From: Octopus sinensis
Lineage: Eukaryota
NCBI RefSeq assembly: GCF_006345805.1
Contig: NW_021832435.1
Span: 53,392 to 117,391 of the forward strand
Length of the DNA: 64,000 bases
Direction: 5' to 3'
The translations under genes were made by a program, and so were the position numbers. Positions 1-12,543 of this stretch are shown here, in pieces. The notes beneath the pieces were generated by a model that worked only from the letters and a program-made list of their open reading frames with translations, did not search any database and was not told the DNA's origin. Position 1 is the first letter of the stretch. Every line of letters begins with the position of its first letter.

Positions 1-586
1 ACAATCAGAAATATCTGCACAAACATATATACATATACACACATATATACATATACACACATATATATACATATACACACATATATATACATATACACAC
101 ATATATACATATACACACATATATATACATATACACACATATATATACATATACACACATATATACATATACACATATACACACATATTTACATATAGAC
201 ACATATATACATATACACACATATATACATATACACACATATATACATATACACACATATTTACATATACACACATATATACATATACACATATACACAC
301 ATATATACATATACACACATATATACATATACACACATACACATATACACACATATATACAAATACACATATATACATATAGACACATATTTACATATAC
401 ACACATATATTTACATATACACACATATATACATACATACACATATATACATACACATATATACATACACATATATACATATACACACATGTATATACAT
501 ATACACACATATATACATACATACACATATATATGTACAAACACATATTTACATGTAAACATACACATACATATATACATGCATAC

Positions 587-625
<39 letters not shown>
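1..625. repeat. Compound (AT/AC/ATAC)n microsatellite
   Basis: Continuous acacatatatacat-type units ending in (CA)n; source of the spurious ORFs at 5..622 and 391..624. Confidence 0.97.
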
Positions 626-844
626 GCTTCGTTGTGTTATAGGTTATGTTTATATTGAAAAAATACCAATCATACCCCCAATCCTTTTTTTTTGTGTAGG
701 TTAAGAACTTGGCTCTTGCATCTAATTCTGGATTTTTTTTTCTTTCTATTTTTCTGCAACCCTCTGAATACTTTTTATTTCTTTAAATTTATTCACACAC
801 ACACACACACACCTATACACACACACACACACATATATATATTA

Positions 845-875
<31 letters not shown>

Positions 876-1325
876 CATAGAATACACACATATATGTATT
901 TTGTGTAGTGGGGGTGCGCTTATGGTAAGGTTTTAATTAAATCTTTTCTTAGTTATTTTGCCTCCTGGTTCCTTCACTAACCTACCTCATCTATTTTTCC
1001 TTTTATTCCCCCTCACAAACCCACCCCACCCCCACCCCCACGCCGAAATGCCAGGTGAGGTAGTGGCAAGGAAGGAAAAGGGCAGGTTGGAAAAAGACAG
1101 CAATGGTAGAGAATAGAAAATAAGTTACCCCCTTTTTTTTGTTATTGCGTCAATGACCTTTATTCTTCTATTTTGGGTTTCTTTTTCATTCCTGACCAAT
1201 GTTTGCATTGAAAATAGAATTTTTTGATGTAATTCTCTCAATGAAAGGACAAGAACAAAATCTGTTAAGTTATGCTTTACCATGTGGTGCATCGGTAATT
1301 TTTCTTTTTTTTTTTTACCCTTATA

Positions 1326-1490
1326 GGCGCAGGAGTGGCTGTGTGGTAAGAAGCTTGCTAACCAACCACATGGTTCCGGGTTCAGTCCCACTGCGTGGCA
1401 TCTTGGGCAAGTGTCTTCTGCTATAGCCCCGGGCCGACCAATGCCTTGAGAGTGGATTTGGTAGATGGAAACTGAAAGAAGCCTGTCGTA

Positions 1491-1539
<49 letters not shown>

Positions 1540-1712
1540 CTGTGTTTGTCCCCCTAGCATTGCTTGACAACCGATGGTGGTGTGTCGGCAAAAGAGACCG
1601 ATAGAATAAGTACTGGGCTTAAGTCCCGTGGTCGATTTGCTCGACTAAAGGCGGTGCTCCAGCATGGCCGCAGTCAAATGACTGAAACAAGTAAAAGAGT
1701 AATAAAAGAGTA
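1326..1712 (+). mobile_element. tRNA-derived SINE family A (probably octopus OR1/OR2-type), with internal deletions
   Basis: A box TGGCTGTGTGG, B box GGTTCAGTCCC, body ...ttgggcaagtgtcttc..., internal (TA)n(TG)n, tail ccagcatggccgcagtcaaatgactgaaacaagtaaaagag. Confidence 0.9.
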
Positions 1713-2027
1713 AAAGAGAGAGAGTATAGTACCTTAGGGTACCTTGGTATGCCTGGCACATTTTCTCTGTAGAGATAATTGGTAGTGCTGCTACTGGCGC
1801 TGGTGGTGGCTCTCTTTATCCATCGAAATAGTATTTTGTATATTATTTTATTGGTCGTTGTTGTTGACAAATGTGGAATGCTGGTGTGGCTGTGTGGTAA
1901 AACCTTTGTTTCCCAACCACACAGTTTGGGGTTCAGTCCCATTGTGTGGAAACCTTGGGCAAGTGTCTTCTTCTATAGCCCTGATCCAAGTGGATTTGGT
2001 TGATGGAAACTAATCTGTTGTGTGTGT

Positions 2028-2416
2028 ACTCTTTTACTCTTTTACTTGTTTGTCATTTGACTGCGGCCATGCTGGAGCACCGCCTTTAATTGAGCAACTC
2101 GACCCCAGGACTTATTCTTTTGTAAGCCCAGTACTTATTCTATCGGTCTCTTTTGCCGAACCGCTAAGAGAACAGGGACATAAACACACCAGCATCGGTT
2201 GTCAAGCAATGCTAGGGGGACAAACACAGACACACAAACACACAGAGGCATATATATACATATATACGACGGGCTTCTTTCAGTTTCCGTCTACCAAATC
2301 CACTCACAAGGCTTTGGTTGGCCCGAGGCTATAGTAGAAGACACTTGCCCAAGGTGCCACGCAGTGGGACTGAACCCGGAACCATGTGGTTGGTAAACAA
2401 GCTACTTACCACACAG
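2028..2416 (-). mobile_element. SINE family A
   Basis: Reverse complement of the family A consensus; inverted relative to the 1326 copy. Confidence 0.9.
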
Positions 2417-2998
2417 TGTATATATAATGTGTATGTATATATGTATGTGTGTATACATGTATATGCAGTGGACCCTCAGATTTTCTAAGTCTTGTAAAAG
2501 AACTTAGAAGTTTGGGTCTTCAGCCAGGCTTTTTGTGATACCCTTAAAGCCAGGAACTTTACAGCACCCTCTCGTGTTTATGAAGGGGCTACAGGTGAAA
2601 GGGATAATCATGGCTTTGTCCAAATACTTACACACCAGAGTGGTTGCCCTAAATATGTCTTTACACCTTCCAACTCTCAATAGCTAACTGATTAGCAAGC
2701 AGCCCCTTCTTCCCCGCCATGTCCTTTATCTTTCTTTCATCTACGTAATTCCGTGTTATCTCTCTGGAACTCCATTCTCTGCCAATGTTCCTTTCACTGA
2801 CACTGGCAGCGATTCAAATAGTTATTCATATAGTTATATTTTTGGCCCTGCCCTCACCCCTCACATACGTAAACCCTAGTCTCGTCTGCATTGTTCCTTC
2901 TGATCTAAGCAGTTGTGTATATGTACAACATTGCGTAAATGTTCTACTGCCAACGCACCAAAAGAAATTATTGTACACACTAAAGACTAATCGCTTAA

Positions 2999-3221
2999 CC
3001 CTTTAGCATTTAAATCAGCCATATCCGGCCTAAAGTATTCTGCCTGTTTTATGTTCAAACTGGCCAGATCTGATCTCTCACTCCAACCCTACAAAATCAT
3101 TTTAAAAGTTAACAGTTACCTCATCAAAATCTCATAGCTACAAGATAATGCATGATTAGTTCAAAACAGTGTGGATAAAAAAAAGCATTAATTTTGGCAG
3201 AATAATGTGAACACTAAAGGG
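2999..3221. mobile_element. piggyBac-type MITE family 1
   Basis: TTAA (2995-2998) + CCCTTTAG ... CTAAAGGG + TTAA (3222-3225); homologous copy at 20478-20698. Confidence 0.85.
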
Positions 3222-3239
3222 TTAAAACAACGTAGTGAT

Positions 3240-3565
3240 CAGATTGGATCGGATTGGTCATGTTCAGTCCACTGCAGGACAAAGACCTCAACATATTCTC
3301 TCCACCAACCATGCTTGAGATCACACTGGTTTGATGAGCCTACTCTACCACACTTCTGGATTGGGTTTGATTTCCTATCTTCAGTCCACTGCAGGACGAT
3401 GGCCTCACCATGACCTCTCCACCAAACATGGTCTGATGTGGAGGCTGTGAATTTGAGCTTGAGACCATACTGGTTTGATGAGCCTACTCTACCACACTGG
3501 CTCAACATGGCTGGAAGGGTTTTTTTTGTATTCAGTCCACTGCAGGACGAAGTCCTCACATGACC
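3240..3565 (-). mobile_element. Three tandem RTE-type LINE 3' termini
   Basis: ttcagtccactgcaggac at 3263, 3380 and 3531; the minus strand encodes ..GEAIVLQWT and ..VEVFVLQWT, resembling RTE ORF C-termini. Confidence 0.6.
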
Positions 3566-3934
3566 CCCCCCCCCAGTCTTACTGTACTTATTTTTAATTG
3601 ATCAGATTGGTTTGATAAGCTTAGTTGATTGTGGCAGAATTTGAACTCAGAATGTTAAGGTGGATGAAATACTATTGTTTCACCTGGCATGTCAACGATT
3701 CTACCAGCTCGCTCATGATTAATTATTATTATTATTGGTGCTAACATGGCTGTGTGGTAAACAAGATCGATTTACAATCCATGTGGTTTGGGGGCTCATG
3801 TGATTCTGGGCTTGATTCTTTGAGCCTTTATTTTCTACTGTAGCCTCTGCTTGACCAAAGCTTTGTTATTGAAATTTATAATGGCTTGTATGATAACCCA
3901 TTATGGCATGTTCAATGTGGTTTTGGGACTATAT

Positions 3935-4079
3935 GGTATATACATAGATATGTATTATATATATATTATATTGTATAATATATATACATACTATATGATG
4001 TATAATATTGATATATTAAATATATATATACATATATATGTATATATATATATGATATATATATATATATATGTATATG

Positions 4080-4128
<49 letters not shown>

Positions 4129-4132
4129 TGTA

Positions 4133-4163
<31 letters not shown>

Positions 4164-4203
4164 GTGTATATATATATGTATATATATATGTATATATATA
4201 TAT
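3935..4203. repeat. (TA)n-rich microsatellite
   Basis: Long interrupted TA run. Confidence 0.95.
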
Positions 4204-4266
4204 CCTTAAGTCCTTAAAAATGTTTTAGCCCGAAGGCTGCGGCCATGCTGGGGCACCACCGCTGTG
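4203..4266 (-). mobile_element. 3' tail of CR1/L2-type LINE
   Basis: Minus strand gcggtggtgccccagcatggccgcagccttcgggctaaaacatttttaagg matches the LINE 3' end at 32690-32750. Confidence 0.75.
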
Positions 4267-5081
4267 CCCCATATATATATAATGTGTATTCTTTTTCTTT
4301 ATTTTCTTTTACTTGCTTCAGTCTTTTGCAGCCATGCTGGAGCACTGCCTTAAAGGTTTTTCGTTTTTTTTTAGTTGAAGAAATCAACCCCCCCGGGACT
4401 TATTCTTTGTAACCCTGTAAGCCTAGTACTTATTCTCTCGGTCTCTTTTGCCGAACTTCTAAGTTATGGGGACCCACCAATGCAGTTGTCAAGCAGTGGT
4501 GAAGGGGGCAGGGATACAAATACACACACACATACACACACATGTATATAAACAATAAATGAAATAGAGAGATACAAATGACAATCCAATAATCCTTGAA
4601 ATACAAATGATAATCCAATAATCCTTCAAATTTCGGGCTTTGTGCCTAGAATAGAAAAGATTATTATTATCGTCAAAAAAGGCAGTGAGCTGGCAGAATC
4701 GTTAGCACACCAGGCGAAATGCTTAGCAGCATTTTGTCTGTCTTGTCGTTCTGAATTCAAATTCCGCTGAGGTTGACTTTGCCGTTCATCCTTTTGAAGT
4801 CAATAAATTAAGTACCAGTCGAGTACTGAAGTTGATGTGATCCCTCCCACAAAATTTCAGGCTTTGCGCCAATAGTAGAAAGGGTTATTATTATCACTTA
4901 GGCTTACGAGAAAGGGATGACCTCCCTTTGCAAATACCATAAGGGCACAGATAGTGTGCCTAAAGCCAGCTGGAGACGATGATCTCCTGGGGTCTAAAAG
5001 CTTCAGTAACACCCACCCTTTGTGGTTAGCCATATTGAGATGGCTATTATACTTTACGTTATTATTATTATTATTATTATC

Positions 5082-5281
5082 ATTCTATTGTGTCTGGGGA
5101 GAGTCATTTTCTTTTTGTGCGTTATTATGTAACACGCTATAGTCAAAACTATTGGAAAGGTTGCAAGGCGCAACGAAAATTTTAGGACAATAAAAATAAG
5201 AAAAACATGGAAATTTTACCGGTGAGTGTGTTACATAATAAGGCACAAAAAGAAAATGACTCTCCCCAGACACAATAGAAT
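5082..5281. mobile_element. Foldback/MITE-like element with long inverted repeats
   Basis: attctattgtgtctggggagagtcattttctttttgtgc (5082-) and its reverse complement ending at 5281; a homologous arm lies inverted at about 9010-9130. Confidence 0.75.
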
Positions 5282-5466
5282 ATGCTTCAACACACAAACT
5301 CATATAAAGAATCTTGCAAACCAAATCCAAAAACTAAATATTATTATCATTATTGTTCATATTGTTCTTTTAGTCCATGCAAAAACCCCAAAGAAACTAC
5401 CCACTCTGTTTCTTTTTTGTTGGTTGTTTTGCCTTTGTATTTTGTCTTCGACATGCACAAAAACAC

Positions 5467-5636
5467 GCGCAGGAGTGGCTGTGTGGTAAGTAGCTTGCTA
5501 ACCAACCACATGGTTCTGGGTTCAGTCCCACTGCGTAGCATTTTGGGCAAGTGTCTTCTGCTATAGCCCCGGGCCGACCAATGCCTTGTGAGTAGATTTG
5601 GTAGACGGAAACTGAAAGAAGCCTGTCGTATATATG

Positions 5637-5673
<37 letters not shown>

Positions 5674-5886
5674 TTGTTTGTGTGTCTGTGTTTATCCCCC
5701 TAGCATTGCTTGACAACCGATGCTGGTGAGTTTACGTCCCCGTCACTTAGCGGTTCGGCAAAAGAGACCGATAGAATAAGTACTGGGCTTACAAAGAATA
5801 AGTCGCGGGGTCGATTTGCTCGACTAAAGGCGGTGCTCCAGCATGGCCGCAGTCAAATGACTGAAACAAGTAAAAGAGTAAAGAGT
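5467..5886 (+). mobile_element. SINE family A, full length
   Basis: A/B boxes, internal microsatellite and complete tail. Confidence 0.92.
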
Positions 5887-5958
5887 ATCTCTGTTGCTAT
5901 TGCAATCTCTGTTGCTATTGCAATCTCTGTTGCTATTGCCATTTCTGTTGCTGTTGCT
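5887..5958. repeat. 18-bp minisatellite, 4 units
   Basis: atctctgttgctattgca x2 plus two diverged units. Confidence 0.9.
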
Positions 5959-6443
5959 ATCGTTCGTTCAGTCTTGGAGGGCTTAAGGAAAGAAAAGAAA
6001 TGGAAAGAGAAGAAAAAAAAGAAAAAAAGAAAGCTACGGGTGCTGTAACTAAGTGCCCACCACCCAATATCTTCAGACAAACTAATTAACACCCTCTCCA
6101 CTCCCACCCACGACCCTTCTTTGTCTCTCTCCTTCTCCATCCTGTCACAAACTTACCCACCACTACCGGTGGCGGCGGCAGCGGCGGCGCTTGTATCTGC
6201 CCTGCTTTCATTATTAATTGGTTTGTTAGCTCTGTTCCTCAGACTTATTCCTCAGAGATATTTCCTGAGACAGTCATTAGCAATTCCATAACTCTAGTTG
6301 TGTCCGTTTTCCACTCGAGAGCAGGAAAGCTGTCTTTTAAGTAGAACCTGCCTAATAACTTTTTACCTAGTATCACCGGGTTTTTGTTCGTCTTTTTTTT
6401 CTTTTGTTTGTTTGTTTGTTTCAGAGTATTGTTTTTATTATCA

Positions 6444-6478
<35 letters not shown>

Positions 6479-6606
6479 GTTATTGTTATTGTTGTTAGCA
6501 AGTTAGCTGTGCTGAGTGTTTTTCTAGTCTGTCCAGTTCTGCTCTATTTACGATTGTTTAAGAAGAATTGGTGGAATGATACACACACACACACACACAC
6601 GCATGC

Positions 6607-6655
<49 letters not shown>

Positions 6656-6777
6656 GTTATGTGATGGTTTTCCATTTTGTGAATGATGCAATGAGTGTTT
6701 AAGTAGACTTCACATGTGAAGAAACATACCCTACATATGTTAATTGTATCTATCTAATTATATAATATATATATTTA

Positions 6778-6822
<45 letters not shown>

Positions 6823-7279
6823 ATGTGTGTCTGTGTATGTATGTGGGCGAGAGAGAGAGAGAGTGCATGTGTATATATGTGTATATGTTTACATGTGTGT
6901 TTGTCTATCTGTCTATAGAGAGTGCTCTTATGTACACCCACACATTCACGTGCATGTGTGAAACAAGAATTATAAAGATTGCCCCGAAAATAAACCAATT
7001 TTTCTGAACCAGGTGTGATGTCTGCAGAAGTTTAAGAATATGAAATTTGCTATTTATATACATATATTCATTATTATTACTATAATAAAGGCGGCGAACT
7101 GGCAGAATCGTTAGCACGCCGGGCAAAATGCTTAGTGGTATTTTGTTGAAATTCCACTGAGCTCCACTTTACCAGTCATCCATTTGGGATTAATAAATTA
7201 AGTACCAGTCATGCACTAGGGTCGATGTAATTGTCTATCCCCCTCCCAACGAATTTCAGGCCTTTATTCTCTCTCTCTC

Positions 7280-7672
7280 TTTTATTCTTTTACTTGTTTC
7301 ACTCATTTGATTGTGGCCATGCTGGAGCACTGCCTTTAGTCGAGAAAATCGACCCCGGGACTTATTCTTTGTAAGCCCAGTACTTATTCTATCAGTCTCT
7401 TTTGCCGAACCACTAAGTGACGGGGACGTAAACACACCAGCATTGGTTGTCAAGACACACAAACATATACAAACACATACATATATATCTATATATATAT
7501 ACATATATACGACAGGCTTCTTTCAGTTTCCGTCTGCCAAATCCACTCACAAGGCATTGGTCGGCCCGTGGCTATAGCAGAAGACACTTGTCCAAGATGC
7601 CACGCAGTGGGACTGAACCCGGAACCATGTGGTTGGTAAGCAAGCTACTTACCACACAGCCACTCTTGCGCC

Positions 7673-7673
<1 letters not shown>
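7280..7673 (-). mobile_element. SINE family A
   Basis: Full reverse-complement copy. Confidence 0.9.
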
Positions 7674-7709
<36 letters not shown>

Positions 7710-7921
7710 GAGGCAACGAGCTGGCAGAAGCCCTAGCATGCCGGACAGAATGCTTAGTGGCATTTTGTCTGTATTTATGTTCTGGGTTCAAATTCTGCTG
7801 CGGTGAGTTTTGCCTTTTAATTCTTCCGGGGTTGATAAAATAAGTACCAGTTGAGCACTTGGGTTTAATGATGTATTCAGCTTCTCTTTCCCTCAAAAAT
7901 GCTTTGTCCCAAATTTTAAAC

Positions 7922-7958
<37 letters not shown>

Positions 7959-7959
<1 letters not shown>

Positions 7960-8371
7960 GGTGCAGGAGTGGCTGTGTGGTAAGTAGCTTGCTTACCAAC
8001 CACATGGTTCCGAGTTCAGTCCCACTGCATGGCACCTTGGGCAAGTGTCTTCTACTATAGCTTCGGGCCGACCAAAGCCTTGTGAGTGGATTTGGTAGAC
8101 GGAAACTGAAAGAAGCCCGTCGTATATATGTATATATGTATGTGTGTGTATGTTTGTGTGTCTGTGTTTGTCCCCCTAGCATTGCTTGTCAACCAATGCT
8201 GGTGTGTTTATGTCCCTGTCACTTAGCGGTTCGGCAAAAGAGACCGATAGAATAAGTACTGGGCTTACAAAGAATAAGTCCCGGGGTCTAGTTGCTTGAT
8301 TAAAGGCGGCGCTCCAGCATGGCCGCAGTCAAATGACTGAAACAAGTAAAAGAGTAAAAAGTAAAAAAGAG
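7959..8371 (+). mobile_element. SINE family A
   Basis: Full copy; inverted partner of 7280-7673. Confidence 0.9.
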
Positions 8372-8717
8372 TATTATTGTTGTTGTTATCGTGGCATTCT
8401 TTCACATTAACTATATCGGAGAAATGTATGCTGCAATTCCTGTCAGTGCTGTGACACATTATTAATGGTAACGAGCTGGCAGAATCATTAGCACGCTGGA
8501 CAAAATGCTCAGCGGTATCTTGTTCCTTTTTACATTTTGAGTTCAAATTTCACCAAAGTCATCTTTGCATTTTATCCTTCCAGGGTCAATAAATTAAGTA
8601 CCGGTTGAGCACTGGGATGAATGTAATTGACTTAGCTCCCTCCCCACAATTTTCAGGCCTTTTGCCTATAGAAGATGGGATTATCATCATCATCATCATC
8701 ATCATCATCATTTTTAG

Positions 8718-8930
8718 GAATATGGATATCACATGATACATGCCGTAGGGATAGAAATGTGGATGTCACATGGTACATGCCATAGTGATAGAAATGTGGA
8801 TGTCACATGGTACATGCCATATTGATAGCAATTTCATGGTATCACATGGTATATTATTGTCATAATGATAGGAATATGGATATTGCATGATAAGTACCAT
8901 ACAAGAGTATGGATATCATATGATAAAAGG
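8718..8930. repeat. Degenerate ~38-bp tandem repeat
   Basis: gatagaaatgtggatgtcacatggtacatgccata repeated, with diverged flanking units. Confidence 0.8.
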
Positions 8931-9520
8931 AACATGATTGTTTCTTTTATGACATATTCCTTTCTGCCCATCAGTTTTGGAAGTCCTACACAAAGTTTAA
9001 GGATACTATTTGCATCTGGTTTGCCAGATTCTTTATGTGAATTCTTGTGTTGAAGCAAATTTTGTTGTGTCTGGGGAGAGTCATATTGTCTTATTGCCTT
9101 ATTATCTAACACACTCGCCAGTCCAATTTCCACTCATTTTATATATATTAGAGGGAAACCACTGTGTGGACACCCATATGCTAGAAATAGATCCGCTATG
9201 GTCTCACCACTAAGAAATGTTCTCAAGAAAAATTTAGCAAAACAACCAAAACGTAATCGAGCAAGACAAAAGAAAAAGTAATAATAATATGGATTATTCG
9301 TATCTGTTTCACTATCAACAAATTACGTAATCTTACTTACATAATTGTCCGTAGATCATCGGTACGACCGTCCAAGGTAAATATAATTTGCAGGACTGCA
9401 TACTAGGACATTGGACTCGGTGGGAGCAATGATGACGATGATGATGATAAGGATCATGTTTCCTGTGTGGCTCCTGATGTTGCGCATCCCTACCTCTCCC
9501 AGTACAATCATGATATTATA

Positions 9521-9565
<45 letters not shown>

Positions 9566-9566
9566 C

Positions 9567-10122
9567 TCATCATCATCGTTGTTTAACGTCCGCTTTCCAT
9601 GCTAGCATGGGTTGGACGATTTGACTGAGGATTTGCGAACCATATGGCTGCACCGGGCTCCAGTCTTGATCTGGCAGAGATTCTACAGCTGGATGCCCTT
9701 CCTAACGCCAACCACTCCGAGAGTGTAGTGGCTGCTTTTACATGCCACCAGCATGAGGACCAGTCAGGCGGTACTGGCAACAGCCATGCTCAAATGGTGT
9801 TTTTTACGTGCCACCTGCACAGGAGGCAGTCCAGCGGCACTGATAACGATCATGCTCAGATGGTGCTCTTAGTGATCCACTAGCACGGATGCCAGTCATC
9901 GAATTTAATTTCGATTTCAATTTCATTTGCTTCAACGGGTCTTCGCAAGCAGAGTTTAGTGTCCATTGAAGGAAAGGTATGCATAAGTAGGCCGGTTACA
10001 TCCCTGGCATAGGCCACGAGGTTATGGTCTCACTTGGCTTGCCGGGTCTTCTCAAGCACATCATGTTTCCAAAGGTCTCGGTCACTAGTCATTGCTTCGG
10101 TGAGGCCTAATGTTCAAAGGTC
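9567..10122 (-). mobile_element. RTE-type LINE 3' end with (GAT)n tail
   Basis: Minus strand 10122-10030 encodes DL*TLGLTEAMTSDRDLWKHDVLEKTRQAK*, then a ~450-bp 3' UTR ending ggaaagcggacgttaaac(a)acgatgatgatg. Shorter copies recur across the window. Confidence 0.8.
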
Positions 10123-10146
10123 ATATATATATATGTGTGTCCGTGT

Positions 10147-10448
10147 GTGGAGGCACAATGGCCCAATGGTCAGGGCAGCAGACTCGTGGTCGTAGGATCG
10201 CAGCTTCGATTCTCAAACTGGGCGTTGTGAGTGTTTATTGAGTGAAAACACCTAAAAAGCTCCACGAGGCTCCGGCAGGGGGTGGTGACGATCCCTGCTG
10301 TACTCTTTCGCCACAACTTTCTCTCTTTCTTCTGTTGGCCTGCTCGCTTAGCCAGCGGGGTGGCGTCATTTGAAGGCTAAAACAATGCGAAGCGCATTGT
10401 GACCAGCGATGTGTAACAACATCTGATAGCCTGGTTGGTCACGTGATA
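10147..10448 (+). mobile_element. tRNA-derived SINE family C
   Basis: Head gtggaggcacaatggcccaatggtcagggc...ttcgattc; related copies at 19990-20278 (+, different 3' half), 27370-27564 (-) and 48284-48520 (-). Confidence 0.8.
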
Positions 10449-11141
10449 TATATATGTATATGTATATATTTTTGTTTTCTTATAAAATTTTCATTGCTTT
10501 TGTAACTTGTATAGCATACATATAATGTATAGTAGATCTACTGAATACATTTAGTAGCAGTAGATCTACTGCATGGCTAGTTGCAGTAGATCTACTGTAA
10601 ACTGAAGGGATTTGACATGTAATTACATACTCAACTGGCTCTGATTCACTTTTTTTTTTCTTAGAAAGTGTCTGGTGTGTTAGATTGTACATTTAGTGGA
10701 GGACATTGGACTCGGTGGGAGCAATGATGACGATGATCATTTTGCCAATGCCATCAATCACATTGATGATGATGATGACGACGATGATGATGATGATAAG
10801 GATCATGTTGCCTGTTGTGGCTCCCGATGTTGCGCATCCCTGCCTCTCCCAGTACAACCACGATGACTATGGTGTCTTGTCAAGATCAACCGATAAATTG
10901 ACAAAGCATTCGTGAAAATCGGGGTTTGGCTGAGAGAGAGAGAGAGAGGTAGACAGTGACAGAAAGAAAGAGAGGAGAGAGAGGTAGACAGACTGAAAGA
11001 GAGAAAGAGGGTTGGAGTGTTAGCATTGTTTGATAGTAATGTGTATTGCTAGAATTGGGTGCTCCGTCGGTTACACCGATGAGTGTACCAGCTCATGAAA
11101 TTAACATTCAAGCGGCTGAGTGCTTCACAGTCATGCATATC

Positions 11142-12348
11142 CTTAACCCTAATTTAGCATTCAGATTTCTCTGTCAAATGTAATGCTTATTTACTCACAG
11201 GTGCTTTGGATTAGTCATGCATGATCTTGTAGCTTTGAGATTTCAGTGATATGATTGTATATATTTAGGATGGCATTGTAGGGTAGGTGTGAGAGGTTAG
11301 ATCTGACCACTGGAATATTTTGGCTGTATATGGCCAGTTTAAATGCTAATAAGTTAAAGAGATGTTTCAAATATGTGCTATGTTACCAAAACCATCTAAA
11401 TATAAAAATATATCTTAAGAAATGTATCAAGCATCATCATCATCATTTAACGTCCATTTTCTGTGCTAGCACGGGTTGGATGGTTCAACCGGGGTCTGGG
11501 AAGCCAGGAGGCTGCACCAGGCTCCAGTCTGATCTGGCAGTGTTTCTACAGCTGGATGCCCTTCCTAATGTCAACCACTCCGTGCCACCGGTACAGGTGC
11601 CAGGGATGCAATTTGTCTTATGTTAACCGTTACCCTGAGAAATATAACATTCACCTTATTTTTGCATTTATCATGTATTATTGTGTAGCTTCGAAATTTT
11701 GACAATGTTATTGCTTATTTGTAGAATGACATTGTAGGGTGGGTGTCAGAGACCGGATCTGGCCACTTTGAACATAAGGCACCTGGAATATTTTGGCCAG
11801 GTATGGCCAGTTTAAATGCTAATGAGCTAAAGATATGTTTTAAATATATGCTATATTCCCCAAACCATCTAAATATAAAAATATGTTTTAAGATATGCAT
11901 CAAACAATCAGCTTAAGACATCAATGTAATTTGTCTTATGTTAATCCTTTAACATCCGATTGCTGTGCATGATTCAACTAATATCCCTTGTTTATAATTA
12001 ATTGTGCATTATCGTATAGCTTTGAGATTTCAGTGATATGATTGTATAAGCTTAGGATGACATTTAGGGTAGTGTGAGAGGCCAGATCCAGGCAGTTTGA
12101 ATTAAAACAGTAGAATATTTGGGCTGGATTGAAGGTTTAACCTTTAGTGTTCGCATTATTCTGCCAAGTTATCGTTTTTTATTCCACTTTGTTTTGAACT
12201 AATCATGCATTATCTGTCGTTTGAGATTTGATAGGTAACTGTTAATTTTTAAAGCGATATTGTAGGGTTGTGAGGACCAGATCTGGCCAGTTGACTAAAA
12301 CAGGCAGAATATTTTTGGCCGGATATGGCCGGTTTAAATGCTAAAGGG
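11142..12348. mobile_element. Chain of ~4 decayed piggyBac-type MITE family 1 copies, interrupted by an RTE tail
   Basis: Repeated ...gacattgtagggtaggtgtgagaggccagatctggccag...; the last copy (12141-12348) keeps cctttag/ctaaaggg ends; (GAT)n RTE tail at about 11430-11610. Confidence 0.7.
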
Positions 12349-12543
12349 TTTATGTAGTTTGCAAGGAGATTCAGTGTGACACAGCGAATGTTACAAGCCT
12401 AGTCTATTGAACAACAGATACAACTCAATTTTTGCCGGCTGAGTGGACTGCAGCAATGTGGAATAAAGTGTCTTGCTCAAGGATGTGACATGTTGCTTGG
12501 GATTGAACTCAGGGCTATACAATTGCATTCACATTGTTGGAAT

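Noticed and set aside
5-622. 205-aa ORF and similar CVYIY/THTHI ORFs throughout (14.7-15.2, 25.8-26.6, 35.5, 39.5 and 49.0 kb)
   Set aside because: Translations of dinucleotide microsatellites that lack stops by composition.
5710-6048. Recurrent ORFs such as MTTDAGVFTSPSLSGSAKETDRIST.. and MLGGQTQTH..
   Set aside because: Translations of SINE family A, not a gene family.
9150-9285. Open frame RGKPLCGHPYARNRSAMVSPLRNVLKKNLAKQPKRNRARQKKK*
   Set aside because: Short, basic composition explained by A-richness, with no homology recognised.
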